Shown here one piece after another: positions 40,738-42,338 of a DNA stretch of 42,338 bases; position 1 is the first letter of the stretch, and each line of letters opens with the position of its first letter. Origin of the DNA: Actinomycetota bacterium (lineage in GTDB: Bacteria; Actinomycetota; Actinomycetes; Nanopelagicales; Nanopelagicaceae); NCBI GenBank assembly GCA_041179685.1, contig JBEGSV010000023.1:1-42338 (forward strand). Reading direction: 5' to 3'. The notes under the pieces are model-generated. The model was not told where the DNA came from. It ran no database searches and saw only the letters and a program-made list of their open reading frames with translations. Both the position numbers and the translations under genes were made by a program.

Positions 40738-41316
40738 TTAGATAGTTGCATCCTCAGGTGTTCGACGGATATGGACTACGCCCGCCACGGTAAGGAGGAA
40801 CATAATTACGCCTCCGATGAGAGCTGCGATAGCGCCATAGCCTGCAATGAGACCCAAAGTTCCAAAGGCATAAGCCTCTAGGAGCATTCCGCGCAATGTG
40901 TTACCCATAAAGAGTGTCTGGCGCAGTTCGCCAAGTTTTGCAATCTGCGCGGTATCAGTTGAACCGCCACGAACAAGGCCCATATACATCCCTGAAACCT
41001 CTGAATATGTAGCTTCTTTACCGATAGCTCCAATAGATGAAGCCTTCATATGTTCCCAGATGTAGAGGTCTGAGTAGTCACGAGCCATCTCACCTGTTGT
41101 TACCTTCTTCTCCGCCCACTTTGCAAGCTGCGCACGAGTTGCCTCAGGCATCGCTTCCTCTGCAGGGAATGAAATGTTCTGATTATCAAGTTGGCTCTTT
41201 ACGGAGTCGTTGGCAAATGTTGCGCCCCAATTAAGTAGAGCCGCGGCTACAAGAAGAAATACAGTTAAAGCTCCACCGATTGAAGTTACGATCTTGTCGA
41301 AAGTCTTACGTTTCAT
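40738..41316 (-). CDS. Hypothetical membrane protein (N- and C-terminal TM helices, extracytoplasmic middle)
   Basis: Hydrophobic residues ~10-30 and ~150-182; strong SD TGGAGAG. Confidence 0.8.
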   Translation of the reverse strand: MKRKTFDKIVTSIGGALTVFLLVAAALLNWGATFANDSVKSQLDNQNISFPAEEAMPEATRAQLAKWAEKKVTTGEMARDYSDLYIWEHMKASSIGAIGKEATYSEVSGMYMGLVRGGSTDTAQIAKLGELRQTLFMGNTLRGMLLEAYAFGTLGLIAGYGAIAALIGGVIMFLLTVAGVVHIRRTPEDATI

Positions 41317-41438
41317 TTTTTCTCTCCATTTTCAATTGTAAATCGCATCTCATGTCCCTGAGCGCTACTTACATTAAAGACCTCAAGAGGTCAGATGTGG
41401 AGAGAAAGTACGAGTGCTAGCACCTACGTAGATGTGAG

Positions 41439-41759
41439 TTAATGCATATCTCGATTGCAGATAGCTTGACCTTCGCCATTGACTTCGAAATGGGCGCAAG
41501 GAACACCTAGGCGATCAAATGCCGCATCACCGAAATGTGTGCGATAGGCGAGAGCGAGGAGCACGCGAATATTTGTATCTCCATCAGAGGTGATATTGAA
41601 GGCTTTTGCTGATCGAGAAATGGTGTTCTCCACAACTTTCTCGGTGTGGTTGGTCTCCCTTGCAATTGCGGCATTGGATTTACCTTCGCAGAGGAGGCCG
41701 AGAACGAGCTGCTCGAAAGGGGTCAGCTCTCGTGTTGTAATGGTGATATCTCGTGCCAT
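41439..41759 (-). CDS. Stand-alone LuxR/NarL-type HTH protein with Cys/His tail
   Basis: LTPFEQLVLGLLCEGKSNAAIA...KVVENTIS; SD GAAAGG. Confidence 0.8.
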   Translation of the reverse strand: MARDITITTRELTPFEQLVLGLLCEGKSNAAIARETNHTEKVVENTISRSAKAFNITSDGDTNIRVLLALAYRTHFGDAAFDRLGVPCAHFEVNGEGQAICNRDMH

Positions 41760-41829
41760 CGATAGGACCTTTCGCTATGTTCCTATCATCCTCCTTCCCA
41801 AGGAGAACTTCACCTCTTACACTCGCCCA

Positions 41830-42338
41830 ATGACTCAAATCACCTCAGAACTCTCGAATCAGGTGCTGGTAATTCGATTTAACCGCCCTGAGAAGATGAA
41901 TGCACTGACAAAAGAGATGTATGCCGAGCTAGCCCGATTGCTCAATGATGCCAATGGAGACTTTGGAATCCGAGCAGTAGTGCTCTCTTCTGAAGGCGAT
42001 CACTTCACCGCCGGCAACGACATCATGGATTTTATGAGCAGCCCACCTACATCTGAGGATTCAACGGTCGCGCTCTTTCTTGGTTCGCTCCTTAATTTCA
42101 CCAAACCGCTCATTGCTGCCGTCAAAGGCCATGCCGTCGGAGTAGGAACAACGATGTTGCTCCACTGTGACATTGTCATCTCATCTGACACTGCGAAGTT
42201 CTCGATGCCATTTACCTCGCTCGGATTGGTCCCAGAAGCTGGATCCTCAATGCTCTTTCCAGCATTGGTTGGATATCAAAGAGCGGCGAAGATCTTCCTT
42301 ACCGGCGAAGAGTTCTCTCCAGAATATGCACGCGAGAT
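41830..42338 (+). CDS. Enoyl-CoA hydratase/isomerase family protein, 3'-truncated (absent from the ORF track)
   Basis: Manual translation MTQITSELSNQVLVIRFNRPEKMNAL...FTAGND...KPLIAAVKGHAVGVG...LGLVPEAGSS; no stop before the window end. Confidence 0.9.
   Translation, partial: MTQITSELSNQVLVIRFNRPEKMNALTKEMYAELARLLNDANGDFGIRAVVLSSEGDHFTAGNDIMDFMSSPPTSEDSTVALFLGSLLNFTKPLIAAVKGHAVGVGTTMLLHCDIVISSDTAKFSMPFTSLGLVPEAGSSMLFPALVGYQRAAKIFLTGEEFSPEYARE

Overview
Gene-dense, mostly housekeeping window from a high-coding-density actinobacterium. The gene content and very short or overlapping intergenic spaces suggest a streamlined freshwater lineage such as acI/Ca. Nanopelagicales (inference, not proven). 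Order: amtB-glnK-glnD-ffh; rpsP-khpA-rimM-trmD running straight into miaB-miaA-dapF-hflX; DUF4193/DUF3093/thioesterase/dut/DUF3159/2x TrkA/RlmD-like; acnA; dxs; fadB-fadA, rnd, DUF3000; EamA, RibD-like, NlpC/P60, GT4; atypical response regulator, fadD, SRPBCC, glk, oxidoreductase, plsC; solo PD-(D/E)XK (Cas4-like) nuclease, LysE, NCS2 permease; padR-ino1; a membrane protein with a small LuxR-HTH regulator; and a truncated enoyl-CoA hydratase. I found no CRISPR array, tRNA/rRNA, integrase or transposase. The best candidates for something undescribed are the stand-alone LuxR-HTH protein with a Cys/His tail plus its membrane-protein neighbour and structured intergenic region, the solo CxxC/CxxC PD-(D/E)XK nuclease, and a pseudo-receiver regulator with a switch-like leader. 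Two perfect operator-like palindromes (acnA, padR) and pervasive leaderless promoters are directly visible. All family calls come from motif recognition by eye; no searches were run.
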